From Candidatus Melainabacteria bacterium 17Bon1m (GTDB lineage Bacteria; Cyanobacteriota; Vampirovibrionia; Obscuribacterales; Obscuribacteraceae): a stretch of 64,000 bases of DNA. This document shows positions 8,926-19,151 of the stretch, in pieces. Location: positions 1 to 64,000 of the forward strand of contig JAVLKG010000008.1 in the NCBI GenBank assembly GCA_032128875.1. The letters are read 5' to 3'. A program made the translations under genes and the position numbers. Numbering within the stretch: the stretch's first letter is position 1; each line of letters starts with the position of its first letter. Below the pieces are notes generated by a model that saw only the letters and a list, made by a program, of their open reading frames with translations, was not told the DNA's origin and made no database searches.

Positions 8926-9954
8926 TCAGGCACCGTCCTTTGTCTTGTCGCCGCCTTTCTCACCTTCGGGGCTCGGAGCAACAACAGGACTTGAATTGTC
9001 GTCCGAACCAGTCGACGACGCAGTCGACTTCTTCGACTTCTTGTCCTTCTTCTGCGCGGGAGCTGCGGGAGTCGCAGTCTCAGCAGGAGCCGGAGAATTG
9101 TCGTTCTTGGTCGGAACGGGTGCTGGGTGCACTGTGTCGTCTGTCTTCACGACGGAGTCCGTCGTTGCAGGCGTCGCAGAGTCCGCTTTGACTTCATCAG
9201 CCGGCTTCGCAGTGGAAGCAGAATCATCAGCTTTCGCCGGTGTTTCCTTCTTTTCGGCAGCCTTCGTCTTATCACCTTCCGCAGGTTCCACAGGGCAGAT
9301 TACAGACGCCGAGCCGGTCCGCTCCGAGCACTGAAACTGGTGAGTCACCAATTCCAGAATCGGATCGTCCTCTTGGACGCCATAACCCTTCATGTAGAGC
9401 TCCTTGATGATGCCAGGGAGCTGCGGGTCATCGATTGTCGCCGGATCAAAGTCGAACCACATGAGCTCGGCCAGGCGATAACTACCCTTCTGCGAGTAGC
9501 TCGGCCACACATACGTGCGGCAAAGACGCTTGGCTCCGAGACGCTGATAGAAGGCAAGGCGACGTTGGCGCCCAGTCTTTTCAGCAGCTTCCAAACCGAT
9601 TTGCCTGGTCGATTCAATTTCCAGGACAAGACCGAGGAAGTTCGGATACGACGACTTCAGGATTTCCAGAAGTCGCTTCATGTGTTTCGAACCAATGCCC
9701 GTAGAGCGCTTGGTTGCATCACTGGCGATATATGACAGGAGAGCGAAATTGCTCATGGGGTAAACGATGCTGAAGCACAGAAGTTCGCCAGCTTTGTTGG
9801 TGGTTCTGTGCAGGAGAATCGAACCCGAGTCTAGAAGCTTCTGAAGTTCCTCGAGAGGAGTACGTTCATCAGCAGGGAAAGCAGTTGTGTACAAGTCCTT
9901 CCAGTCTTGTTCTTGACCGGAGGAGACCTGACAGAGATTAGTTGAGCCGTCCAT
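8926..9954 (-). CDS. GNAT-family acetyltransferase with low-complexity C-terminal tail
   Basis: FPADER, RSTGIGS acetyl-CoA loop, LEIE, RRLAFYQRLG; about 130 aa Ala/Pro/Lys/Thr/Asp-rich tail; SD AAGGAGG. Confidence 0.8.
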   Translation of the reverse strand: MDGSTNLCQVSSGQEQDWKDLYTTAFPADERTPLEELQKLLDSGSILLHRTTNKAGELLCFSIVYPMSNFALLSYIASDATKRSTGIGSKHMKRLLEILKSSYPNFLGLVLEIESTRQIGLEAAEKTGRQRRLAFYQRLGAKRLCRTYVWPSYSQKGSYRLAELMWFDFDPATIDDPQLPGIIKELYMKGYGVQEDDPILELVTHQFQCSERTGSASVICPVEPAEGDKTKAAEKKETPAKADDSASTAKPADEVKADSATPATTDSVVKTDDTVHPAPVPTKNDNSPAPAETATPAAPAQKKDKKSKKSTASSTGSDDNSSPVVAPSPEGEKGGDKTKDGA

Positions 9955-10580
9955 AGGGGCTCCCTCCTTTTCTGTTTACTGCTTGGCCGGTGGGCAAGCT
10001 TTTTAGAAACGAAAGCTTCCGCGCAACCAAGGAGGCTGAGCGGCAAGCAGAAGCTAAGATGCGGAAGGGATTGCTAACGCGCACGAATACTGCACCGCGA
10101 AAACGGTGGTGATCAAGCTCGTGAATCCGGACCTACACTTGGCTCTGTCGGGAATTTGGAATGAAAATTGGAAAGGGATCGCAAATAAGAACCCTAGATT
10201 TGCAAACAAAGGTTTTCATACGCAATAAGCTCTTGAGCATATACGTCGCACAGGCACGCGGGCGCACACGTCGCGGGCACGCGAAGAAGCCAAGTGGACC
10301 ACTTCGAGAGCTTTACCCTGTGCCGGTTTTAGAAACATTCATCGCTTGACAAGCGACGGCTTAAGCACTCGCATAGACATCGCGAACATTGAGACAGTCA
10401 AGAGATGCAGGGTTCGTACTTAGCGCGGCTGTAGCGAGCGCATAGTCAAGCAGAACAAAAGCTCCGCCTGACTTCCAGGGCGGACCGTTGTCAGCAGCTC
10501 TTGTTGTGCAGTTACACAAGCCACAATCTGAAAGCAAAACCGGCGAAGCAAAACCTACTGAGCAAAACCGACAGCCAGAT

Positions 10581-11702
10581 TTACCTGCTCTTCAGAGACG
10601 GATAGAAACGTTGGAAATGCTTGCAGACTTCAGCGATTCGATCATCTACAAGAGATGCATTTCGATCTGGAAGGATGCCATCACGGGTGGCGGCAACTAT
10701 TGATTTTGAATGAAGCACATTGTCCGAAACAGCAGTCCCTTTTCTGTTTTCACTAAAAACAGACATCGTCGCAACCGCTGATTCCGACAGCGATTTGACG
10801 TTGTACCCGCCTTCTAGAAAACTGACGAGTTTTGCGTCATTCTCATGAGCAAGATTGAGCAGACGCTGAGACAGTTCTGCATAGCCTTTTGTGGAAATGC
10901 GCTGTTGCCCAAGTGGATCGTGCTGGTGTGCATCATAACCAGCGGAAAGCATGATCATCTCCGGCTTGTAGTCCATTGCAATTGGTTCCACAATGCGTTT
11001 CCACGCTTCTAAATATCCTCTGTCACCTGTACCGGCGGGCATCGGAATATTGATGTTGTAGCCCTTTCCATCTCCTGCTCCATCTTCCGTGTACCAGCCG
11101 GTTTCTGGCGGCCAAAACGGGAATTGATGGAAAGAAATAAAGCAAACTGATGGGTCGTTATAGAAAATATCTTGTGTGCCATTGCCGTGGTGAACGTCCC
11201 AGTCGATGATCAAGATGCGCGACAATCCTGCCTTTTTCTGCGCATAGCGAGCAGCCACTGCAACGTTATTGAAAAAACAAAATCCCATCGCCTTATCGGC
11301 AAGAGCGTGGTGCCCCGGCGGTCGAACCGAAACAAAGCAACTCTTCGCATCCGTATCGAGAACAGAATCGACACCAACCATCCCAGCGCCTACAGCCAGT
11401 TTCGCCAGATCAAAAGTACGTGGGCTCATGAAAGTATCTGCATCGATTTGCACGATACGATCCTGGTCTTTGGCGATGCGCGCATCTTTCTCCAATTCTT
11501 CGATATAACCAGCATTGTGCACAGTCGTAATATCGTCTTCCGATGCGGCTCTAGGCTTCAACTGCGGCACGCTGTCATCGAGCATGCTGTTGAGAAAAGC
11601 CTTATCAATCGCCTGCAACCTGTTTGGCGCTTCCGGATGCAGCTCAGGAGTGAGGTGTTCTTGAAACTCGTCGTCACGCACCAAAGTCAACGTAGACATC
11701 AT
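10581..11702 (-). CDS. Histone deacetylase family (class II-like) Zn hydrolase
   Basis: HPE, RPPGHHA, GFCFFNN, IDWDVHHGNGTQ, SAGYDAH, LEGGY motifs. Confidence 0.95.
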   Translation of the reverse strand: MMSTLTLVRDDEFQEHLTPELHPEAPNRLQAIDKAFLNSMLDDSVPQLKPRAASEDDITTVHNAGYIEELEKDARIAKDQDRIVQIDADTFMSPRTFDLAKLAVGAGMVGVDSVLDTDAKSCFVSVRPPGHHALADKAMGFCFFNNVAVAARYAQKKAGLSRILIIDWDVHHGNGTQDIFYNDPSVCFISFHQFPFWPPETGWYTEDGAGDGKGYNINIPMPAGTGDRGYLEAWKRIVEPIAMDYKPEMIMLSAGYDAHQHDPLGQQRISTKGYAELSQRLLNLAHENDAKLVSFLEGGYNVKSLSESAVATMSVFSENRKGTAVSDNVLHSKSIVAATRDGILPDRNASLVDDRIAEVCKHFQRFYPSLKSR

Positions 11703-11731
11703 GTCCCTCTTTTGTATGTTTCGTAGCGGCC

Positions 11732-11816
11732 GGAGCGCCGGCTTCTAGCCGGCATCGGTTTTCGTGGGGGCGCATTGCATGCGCCTGGTTTTCGTGGGGG
11801 CGCATTGCATGCGCCC
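11732..11816. repeat. REP-like palindromes including a 30-bp tandem duplication
   Basis: GGTTTTCGTGGGGGCGCATTGCATGCGCC twice at period 30 (11757, 11787), preceded by GGAGCGCCGGCTTCTAGCCGGC. Confidence 0.75.
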
Positions 11817-12346
11817 ATTTCCACTTTTTCAATTCGCCGTCATTTATACAGAATGCGCCAGGCTAAAACGTGATTGTGAAAGCGTTTTCAGCTCGCACAT
11901 GCACTTTTCTTCGCAAGCGATTTGCAAGACAGCCCTTTCGCTTGAGTCTATCACTAGTTTGTCGAAATTATTTGCGAAATCTTGATCTAGCTTCGCTAAC
12001 TTCTTACGCAATCATGAGACGAAATTCTCCGTAGAGCCTTTAATACCTGATTGAGTACATGACCAGCACTGAGTAGCGTAGACCAGTATCTCTGTTTTTA
12101 AAACTCTCGCCGAAGTATCTGCTCTTAGCCCCTAATTCAATCCTCCATTCACAAGTTCATACAACTCTTTCTCCCTAATCAGGAGTGAGACGAGATGTGC
12201 TTGTAAATGCTGGAGGCGAAGGCTTCGCAACTCTTCGGCATGTCACGCGTAGGTCTTATCAGGTTTGCAGGTGCGGTCGTAAGCCGCCCTTCAAGCCTGC
12301 CGAGCCGTAGCTTCGTAACTAACTCTCAACCAACCGGGAGTCTAAT

Positions 12347-14437
12347 ATGCACGATATGCACTTCCTTCAGGACCTGATGGTCCTGTTCGGCATGGGCGTG
12401 GTCATGGTTGTGGCGTTTCACCGCCTCAATCTACCCCCTGTGCTCGGGTTCCTCATCACCGGTATCGTCTGCGGTCCATACGGCTTCAAGCTCGTGGAAA
12501 GCATCGATGCGGTGGCGACACTCGCAGAAATCGGACTCGTTCTTCTGCTTTTCGAGGCAGGCATTGAGTTCTCTGTAAAGACGTTCCTACGACTCAAGAA
12601 ATTCCTTCTCGTCGCCGGCGGACTGCAGTTGCTCGGAACAATCGCAGCAACAGCGGTCATCGCCGCATACACCGGCACAGCACTCGAGCAGTCAATCTTC
12701 CTCGGCATGCTCGTCTCGCTAAGCTCCACCGCCATCGTCATCCGCATCTTGGAATACAGGGGCGATCTCGACACGGCGCACGGTCGCTCGGCGATGTCCA
12801 TCCTCATCTTCCAGGATCTCTGCATCGTGCCGCTCGTCCTTCTGACGCCATTCCTTGGCGGCAAGGGCGGCAGCATGTGGGATGTCGGTCTGGTCATCGG
12901 CAAGGCACTCTTGTTCGTGATCCTGGCAGGCACTGTCGTTCGATATCTTGTCCCGTATTTGCTTGGACAAGTCGCGAGGACGAAGAAGCGCGAAGCATTC
13001 GTGCTGAGCATCATCCTGCTCTGCCTTGGCACCGCGGTTGCGACCTCGCACTTCGGTCTGTCGATGGCTCTGGGCGCGTTCATCGCTGGTCTCATCCTGT
13101 CGGACTCGAAGTACAGCCATCAGGCTCTCAGTGAAATCTTGCCTTTCCGAGAGGTCTTCAACTGCCTGGTGTTCGTCTCCATCGGCATGCTGTTCGACAT
13201 CCGCACGCTCATCGCGAATCCAATGCTGGTTGCGGTTTGCTTGGCTGTAGTCATCGGCGTGAAAGTGATCATCGGCGCAGGCGTCACCGCCATCGCCGGT
13301 CACTCCGCTCGCGTGGCGATTCTCACCGGCGTCGCTCTGGCACAGGTCTCAGAGTTCTCGTTCGTTCTGTCCAAGCTCGGACTCAACGTCGGATTGCTCG
13401 ATGACCGCACCAATCAGCTGTTCCTCGCTGTGGCGATTCTCTCCATGTTTTTCACGCCCGCTCTTCTGAGCTTTGGCGAGAAGGCCGTGAAGTTCGCTGA
13501 GCGCATCCTGCCTCAGAGCTGGATCAACGGACGGCTGAAGGAAGACCCGCGCAAGCAGATGCCGGAAAACCACACCATTGTGGTCGGCTACGGCGTCGCT
13601 GGGCAGAGCCTCGTCAAGACGCTCACGCAGCTCGGCATCCCGTTTGTGGTCATCGAGAATGACCCGCTGATCGTGCGCGCGGAAGCCGACAAGGGCCTGC
13701 CGATCTTCTACGGAGACGCCGCCCGTCAGGAAGTTCTGTCGCACGCAGGTGTGAGCAAGGCTCGCCTTCTGGCAGTGGCAATCTCCGACCAGGAAGGTTG
13801 CCTGCGCACGATTGAGATGGCACGCCGGCTCAACCCGAACGTGCACGTCGTCGCGCGCGCTCGCTTCATGAAGAGCGTCGAGTCGCTCATCAAGGTGGGC
13901 GCCAATCGCGTGATTGCGGAGGAATTCGCCGGCTCGCTCGAAATGGTGTCGCACGTGCTCAACGAGTATCTCTTGAGCAAGGACGTCATCGACGAGAAGC
14001 TGACGAATCTGCGCACGGATCAAGCGGTGAAGTGGCAAGCGCTTTTCGAAGCGCTGCATCCGCACGAAGGCAATGCCTTGCCGCCCGACTTCGGTGTCGA
14101 GATGCGCAAGGTTGCCGTCGGTTCGCCAATCGCCGGCAAGCCTCTTTTCGAGAGCGGCTTGCGTACCAAGACCGGTACGACAGTGGTGGCGATCATGCGC
14201 GGCGAGGGTCAACTCATTCCCAACCCGCGCGCGGAGGAGGTGATTCAGGCTGACGATGTGCTCATCATCATGGGCACTCCCAAACAGCTCGCCGAAGCGG
14301 CAATCATGTTTGCACCGGCGCAAGCTCCCCGCGAGGAGGCACCGCCTGTGGTGGTTCACCTGCCCGAACCCGGCGCACAAAATGTGGACACAAAGCCGCA
14401 TGGCACCGGAGAGCAGGACGCGAATAAGACCGAGTAG
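12347..14437 (+). CDS. Kef/CPA2-family cation:proton antiporter with TrkA-N and TrkA-C domains
   Basis: About 12-13 TM segments, SSTAI, ILIFQD, LAQVSEF; GYGVAG, YGDA RCK-N; C-terminal RCK-C. Confidence 0.92.
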   Translation: MHDMHFLQDLMVLFGMGVVMVVAFHRLNLPPVLGFLITGIVCGPYGFKLVESIDAVATLAEIGLVLLLFEAGIEFSVKTFLRLKKFLLVAGGLQLLGTIAATAVIAAYTGTALEQSIFLGMLVSLSSTAIVIRILEYRGDLDTAHGRSAMSILIFQDLCIVPLVLLTPFLGGKGGSMWDVGLVIGKALLFVILAGTVVRYLVPYLLGQVARTKKREAFVLSIILLCLGTAVATSHFGLSMALGAFIAGLILSDSKYSHQALSEILPFREVFNCLVFVSIGMLFDIRTLIANPMLVAVCLAVVIGVKVIIGAGVTAIAGHSARVAILTGVALAQVSEFSFVLSKLGLNVGLLDDRTNQLFLAVAILSMFFTPALLSFGEKAVKFAERILPQSWINGRLKEDPRKQMPENHTIVVGYGVAGQSLVKTLTQLGIPFVVIENDPLIVRAEADKGLPIFYGDAARQEVLSHAGVSKARLLAVAISDQEGCLRTIEMARRLNPNVHVVARARFMKSVESLIKVGANRVIAEEFAGSLEMVSHVLNEYLLSKDVIDEKLTNLRTDQAVKWQALFEALHPHEGNALPPDFGVEMRKVAVGSPIAGKPLFESGLRTKTGTTVVAIMRGEGQLIPNPRAEEVIQADDVLIIMGTPKQLAEAAIMFAPAQAPREEAPPVVVHLPEPGAQNVDTKPHGTGEQDANKTE

Positions 14438-14559
14438 TTTCAGCTACTTGGGTAGTCGAGCAAGAGTAGGGAGCGGCGGGCGACACCATCGTCTGCTGCT
14501 CCTTATCTCAATGAGACACCTGGGAGAAAACTCCCGACAATTGCACAAGGAATAGAAAT

Positions 14560-15483
14560 GTGAGCCAAGAAACACCGGTCACTCTCTCCGCTCAAGCGCA
14601 AAAAGCGGCGAAACTCGAACTAGTCGATATCGCGCGCGCCGGCATGGCCGAGCATTACTTCACCATGCACGACCTCGAAGTCGTGGCGCATGGCACCCGC
14701 ATGCAGTACCGCGACTCGATATTCAACCTGCTTCCTCGCTCCTGCGCCGGGCACGGGCAGTATGAGCAGTCGCGCGTCGGCAGCGGCGTTTTCCGCGGCA
14801 TGGCCGTTCATGAGATTCTCGACGCCTGCTTCACCAAGGAAGCGGTCGACTTCTTCATCGAACACGCCTACAACGGCCACATCTTCTGGTCGAACATCTA
14901 CCACACAGTCTTTTCGATCTTCCGCGAAGACACGGCGACGCTGCCCCTCGACCTCGATACGGTCAAGAGCCGCGTCATCGGTGACAGGACCCCGTTCGGC
15001 GTCGTCAGCTCGCCCTACAGCGACCTCCACATGGGTCGACTGAAGGCGGCCGCGAAGAAGAACAAGGGCAAGTTCGACCCCAACAAGCTGCCCGCGGCGT
15101 ACGCCTTCGAGCTGATTCGCGCCGGCTTCCTCTTCCGGCAGAAGCTCGAAGACTACAAGCAGCCCTCCGTGCTGGTCGTGAATCCGATGTGGAAGCATCT
15201 GATCGACGACCTGGTGGAGGCAACGCCCGCAGGTGAAGCAGCCAGCTTTACGCTGTCTGCGCACGGTCAGACCACCGGCTCGATGACCATCGAACCGGCG
15301 GAAGGCTACACGGCGGAGAAGATCGCGAAGATGCTCTCGCAGCGTCACGCGCAGATCAAAGACGGCGAGGTGGTGGTCAACAGGATCGCCCCGCAGACCG
15401 GACACACGGTCATCGCCAAAATCACGAGCGAAGACAAGGGCGTGCTTTCCAACAGCACTCCCGTCTGGACCGTGATTCGCTAA
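14560..15483 (+). CDS. Hypothetical protein
   Basis: 307 aa ORF with the same strong codon bias as the antiporter; AAGGA upstream of GTG. Confidence 0.75.
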   Translation: MSQETPVTLSAQAQKAAKLELVDIARAGMAEHYFTMHDLEVVAHGTRMQYRDSIFNLLPRSCAGHGQYEQSRVGSGVFRGMAVHEILDACFTKEAVDFFIEHAYNGHIFWSNIYHTVFSIFREDTATLPLDLDTVKSRVIGDRTPFGVVSSPYSDLHMGRLKAAAKKNKGKFDPNKLPAAYAFELIRAGFLFRQKLEDYKQPSVLVVNPMWKHLIDDLVEATPAGEAASFTLSAHGQTTGSMTIEPAEGYTAEKIAKMLSQRHAQIKDGEVVVNRIAPQTGHTVIAKITSEDKGVLSNSTPVWTVIR

Positions 15484-15500
15484 GCCTTTTGGCTGGCATT

Positions 15501-15537
15501 TGAAAGAGGTGGTGGGAACAGTCCTTCCTCCTCTTTC
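15501..15537 (+). terminator. Putative rho-independent terminator
   Basis: GAAAGAGG...CCTCTTTC inverted repeat followed by ATTTT. Confidence 0.5.
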
Positions 15538-15605
15538 ATTTTCACGCCATTACTACTACTGCATTTAATATCAAAATCTGGACCTTGTCGCCAACCGGCT
15601 ATCAT

Positions 15606-15663
15606 TTCCTGGTTGGTTCTTGATTCGTTCCTGGTTGGTTCTTGATTCGTTCTTGGTTGGTTC
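15606..15663. repeat. Tandem 22-bp repeat (alternating 11-mers), about 2.6 copies
   Basis: TTCCTGGTTGGTTCTTGATTCG twice, then TTCTTGGTTGGTTC. Confidence 0.85.
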
Positions 15664-15690
15664 ACCGTCGGCACATTCGGGGTATTGCAA

Positions 15691-16425
15691 ATGCGCTTTA
15701 GCATCAAGCTCGGCATCCTTTCGCTGTTTCTCTCAACAACATGCATTGCAGCTTTTGCTGAGCAAAACCCGGCGCAAGCTATTACGGCACCGGGCACTGT
15801 TTCAACCACTTCTTCAACCACTGCTTCGACCGCTCCGTCGACCACCGTTCCGAGCACTCCTTCGCCCACCCTGCTGCAAGGACAAGTCGTTCAAATCGAT
15901 GTGACGCTGAACGATTTGCGTGACGCACGGCTCGCAATCGGGCGCCTTAGAAAAGCAGCCTCGAGCCTCTACGATGAGGTTACACGCCAGCAAGTGACGA
16001 TGAGTTTCAACCCCAACGTAATCGGAACCACAGTCATCATGACGCCAATGCCGAGCTTTTCCGGACCGTGCCTCCCAGCTCGTCCAAAGTGGGTGAAAGA
16101 AGCGATGGACGACATCGGACCAATCATCGAGCTCTTCAAAGAAGATGTAGACGCAGCCATCGAGAGCAACCGCCGAACGCGCGTCAGCGAATCGGCTCGC
16201 AAATCTCTAGACCCCATCCGCGAAGACGTTTTTGCAAAAGTCAAAACATCCTTCGAAACCTACAAACAGCTCCAGCAACTAACAGCAGGCACGACATACG
16301 ACAACAATGCCATCGCAACATCAGTCAACACGCTGGACAAACAGATGAAAGATTTGGATCGACAACTAAAACGGGGCATCAGCATTTTACAGAAAGAAGC
16401 AAAATCCGCCAGAAAAAATGCTTAA
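15691..16425 (+). CDS. Secreted hypothetical helical protein
   Basis: Signal peptide (MRFSIKLGILSLFLSTTCIAAFA), Ser/Thr/Pro linker, helical C-terminus. Confidence 0.75.
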   Translation: MRFSIKLGILSLFLSTTCIAAFAEQNPAQAITAPGTVSTTSSTTASTAPSTTVPSTPSPTLLQGQVVQIDVTLNDLRDARLAIGRLRKAASSLYDEVTRQQVTMSFNPNVIGTTVIMTPMPSFSGPCLPARPKWVKEAMDDIGPIIELFKEDVDAAIESNRRTRVSESARKSLDPIREDVFAKVKTSFETYKQLQQLTAGTTYDNNAIATSVNTLDKQMKDLDRQLKRGISILQKEAKSARKNA

Positions 16426-16692
16426 CGCTAAATCAACGCTGCCGACTGTTTAATCAACGCAGGTTGACTAACCGACTGGCGAGAGCAGGACGACATCGAG
16501 GAAGGCTGCCGAACTTCCCTCACCAATCGAGCTAATCAGTCAACCAAATTTTTTAGAAGAGAGACCAAAACACAACGATTGGGCCGGCAGAACCGTCGGC
16601 TCAATCGCTGTTGTTGCGGTGGAGAATCACATTCTCCCTTGTGTTAACCTCATCTTTGCTGCGGCAGTAAAAAAGCAGCAGACTTTGTTGAA

Positions 16693-17199
16693 TCAATTAC
16701 CCTTCTTCTCCGTTTTCCTGTTCGGATAAAGAACGTCTTTCCATGCCGCATCAGCGGCGGCTTCGCTCCACGGCATCGGATAATTGCCGGTGCGTCGCAT
16801 CCGTTCTGCCACGGTTTCGCGTCCATCCGCGGCTTGCCCTGGCTGTGTTCGCGGCGTCGGAGTCTGCTCCGCCTGCCTCGGTCCATTATGAAGGACACGC
16901 CCACCGATGTGGTCGGGGAGCTTATCTTTGTCCTTTGGCGAATCTTCCAAAATAAGGGTCGGAACTCTAAGTTTGCTGGGGTCCTTGCTGTTGCGCTGTT
17001 GGTCTTCTGCAACGTGCGCGATGTTCGCGGACTGAATGCTTCTGATAAGCGCATTATATTCAGCAGGTTTGATCTGGCTGCGAAGTGTAGCCAATTCTTT
17101 GTTGACAGCTTCGAAAGAGCCGGTTTCAGCCTCACTAGCCATCCTGTGACCTTGTTCGAAATACCGAGCCGGCAGGTCAACCTTCGCTTTGTCACTCAT
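16693..17199 (-). CDS. Hypothetical protein
   Basis: 168 aa ORF from MSDKAK with protein-like composition. Confidence 0.6.
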   Translation of the reverse strand: MSDKAKVDLPARYFEQGHRMASEAETGSFEAVNKELATLRSQIKPAEYNALIRSIQSANIAHVAEDQQRNSKDPSKLRVPTLILEDSPKDKDKLPDHIGGRVLHNGPRQAEQTPTPRTQPGQAADGRETVAERMRRTGNYPMPWSEAAADAAWKDVLYPNRKTEKKGN

Positions 17200-17342
17200 A
17201 TTTTTAGAACCATCGGGAGATGATTGCATCCTATCGGCAAAGAAATGAACAAGTCCTGAACACCCCAAAAACCCAGCCAGCCTTGCTATTATGGCGATGT
17301 CCTTTTTGCGCTCAAACTGCTAAACCTTGCACGGATACAAAA

Positions 17343-19151
17343 ATGTCTCCAGACCCATCGAAAGATGAGGCAGCAGCATCGAAAGATAAAGCTGACGGCG
17401 AGCAAAATTTCAAAAAGCCCGGCGACATAATCGCGCGCCAGTACGAGGTCATAGAGATGCTCGGCGAAGGCGGCGCCAGCGTGGTTTACCGTTGCAAGCA
17501 TGCGATTCTCGGCACGGAATGCGCCATCAAAGTCTTGCTGCCGGATCGCCTGCCTGACGCTCGAGCGATTCAGCGTTTTCAACTGGAAGCAAAATCAATC
17601 GGCCGGCTCGAACACGCTCACATCGTCGCAGTGCACGAATTCGCCGTCGACGATGGCAATCACCCCTATCTCGTAATGGATTTCGTCAATGGCAAAAACC
17701 TCGCCACGTTAACGGAAGACAACAGTTTTATCCTGCCAAAGCGCGCCCTCAAATTGTTTACGCAAATCGCACAAGCACTTGTACATGCCCATGATCGCGG
17801 CGTCATTCACCGGGATCTAAAACCTAAAAATGTGATTGTGGAAAACCCTGGGCAATCGGGTGAATCCGCTCGCTTGGTCGACTTTGGCATTGCTAAAATA
17901 ACCGAAACCGGAACAGACAAGAATCTTACCCAAACAGGCGAAGTATTCGGAAGCCCGCTCTTCATGAGCCCCGAGCAGTGCAAAGGATTGCCGCTCGACC
18001 AGCGCTCAGACATTTATTCATTTGGCTGCCTGATGTACGAAGTCGTCACAGGACAGGTCGCAGCGCAGGCAGACAGTGTGTTGGAAACATTGATGTTACA
18101 CGTCAACGGACTAAAACTGGATTTCGACAACGCACCGCCTGCGGTGACACTTAAAGAAAACGCAAATCGAAAAGGTAGCGCAGAAGCTGCAGAATACAAG
18201 TGTTTTACCGGACTGCGCAAAGTAATTGAGACTTGCACCAACACCGAGCCGGAAAGGCGATATCAAACATGCGCAGCCCTGCTGCAAGATTTGCAAGCCA
18301 TCGCTCAAGGGCAGACACCATCGGGCAATCGTTCTTCCAACAAAAAGATCAATGTAAGAGCCCTCAACAACTGGGAGTGGACGACACAAAGTTTGGTCAT
18401 AGCCGGCGCAATTTTAGTGCTTTGCATTACCGTACCAATCGTTTTTCTCGTTGCCCAAGGCGACATAAAACCAGAAAAAACGGCAAAGGAAAAGGAAATT
18501 GAGGCTAAATTTTCTAAGCTGCTTGGTGATGTTCCCAAAGAAAAAGACAGCGCACCGGAAAAAGAACGCTTACCTGCGCGCTCTGGAAATCGAAGAATAA
18601 CCATAGTTACTGACGATACCAACGCTGTACTGTCGGCGTTTTCAGCCTGTCCACGTCGTGGATTTTATTATGAAACGCAACAAGGTTTATTCACAAGCGG
18701 AATGAATTTCTCCATGAGTGAGCTGGAAAAGGCGGAGAAGCTCGGATGCACCGACTTCAAAGTAATCTCTCATAAAATTTCGGACGAGCAACTGTTCAAT
18801 TTATCAAAACTGAAGAGGCTCAATTGGCTCAACATGAACGAATGCTCTGGGTTTTCAAAAAAAGGCATCGGCGCACTCAAACATTCCAATCTTGAAAAAA
18901 TCTATTTATCCAGTACCGGTTTGACCGATGACTGGGCGCCTTTACTTGCGTCACTGCCAGTCAATACATTGGCTGTCACCGGCAACGATTTCACCGACAA
19001 AGGAGCCAATATACTCGCGCATTCAAAATCACTGAAATACATACTTTTGGAAGGCAATCCCATCAGCGAATTTCCTTCAGAGCTCAAGAAGTGCGGTTTT
19101 CGCCTTCTGCCCGAGGAAAACGGCACGTCAATGTGGTTTACGCGCAAATGA
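17343..19151 (+). CDS. Ser/Thr protein kinase with TM helix and C-terminal LRR-like domain
   Basis: LGEGGAS, AIK, HRDLKPKN, DFG, GSPLFMSPEQ; TM about residues 350-370; LRR-like LxxLxL repeats; start could lie further upstream (frame open from 17220). Confidence 0.9.
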   Translation: MSPDPSKDEAAASKDKADGEQNFKKPGDIIARQYEVIEMLGEGGASVVYRCKHAILGTECAIKVLLPDRLPDARAIQRFQLEAKSIGRLEHAHIVAVHEFAVDDGNHPYLVMDFVNGKNLATLTEDNSFILPKRALKLFTQIAQALVHAHDRGVIHRDLKPKNVIVENPGQSGESARLVDFGIAKITETGTDKNLTQTGEVFGSPLFMSPEQCKGLPLDQRSDIYSFGCLMYEVVTGQVAAQADSVLETLMLHVNGLKLDFDNAPPAVTLKENANRKGSAEAAEYKCFTGLRKVIETCTNTEPERRYQTCAALLQDLQAIAQGQTPSGNRSSNKKINVRALNNWEWTTQSLVIAGAILVLCITVPIVFLVAQGDIKPEKTAKEKEIEAKFSKLLGDVPKEKDSAPEKERLPARSGNRRITIVTDDTNAVLSAFSACPRRGFYYETQQGLFTSGMNFSMSELEKAEKLGCTDFKVISHKISDEQLFNLSKLKRLNWLNMNECSGFSKKGIGALKHSNLEKIYLSSTGLTDDWAPLLASLPVNTLAVTGNDFTDKGANILAHSKSLKYILLEGNPISEFPSELKKCGFRLLPEENGTSMWFTRK

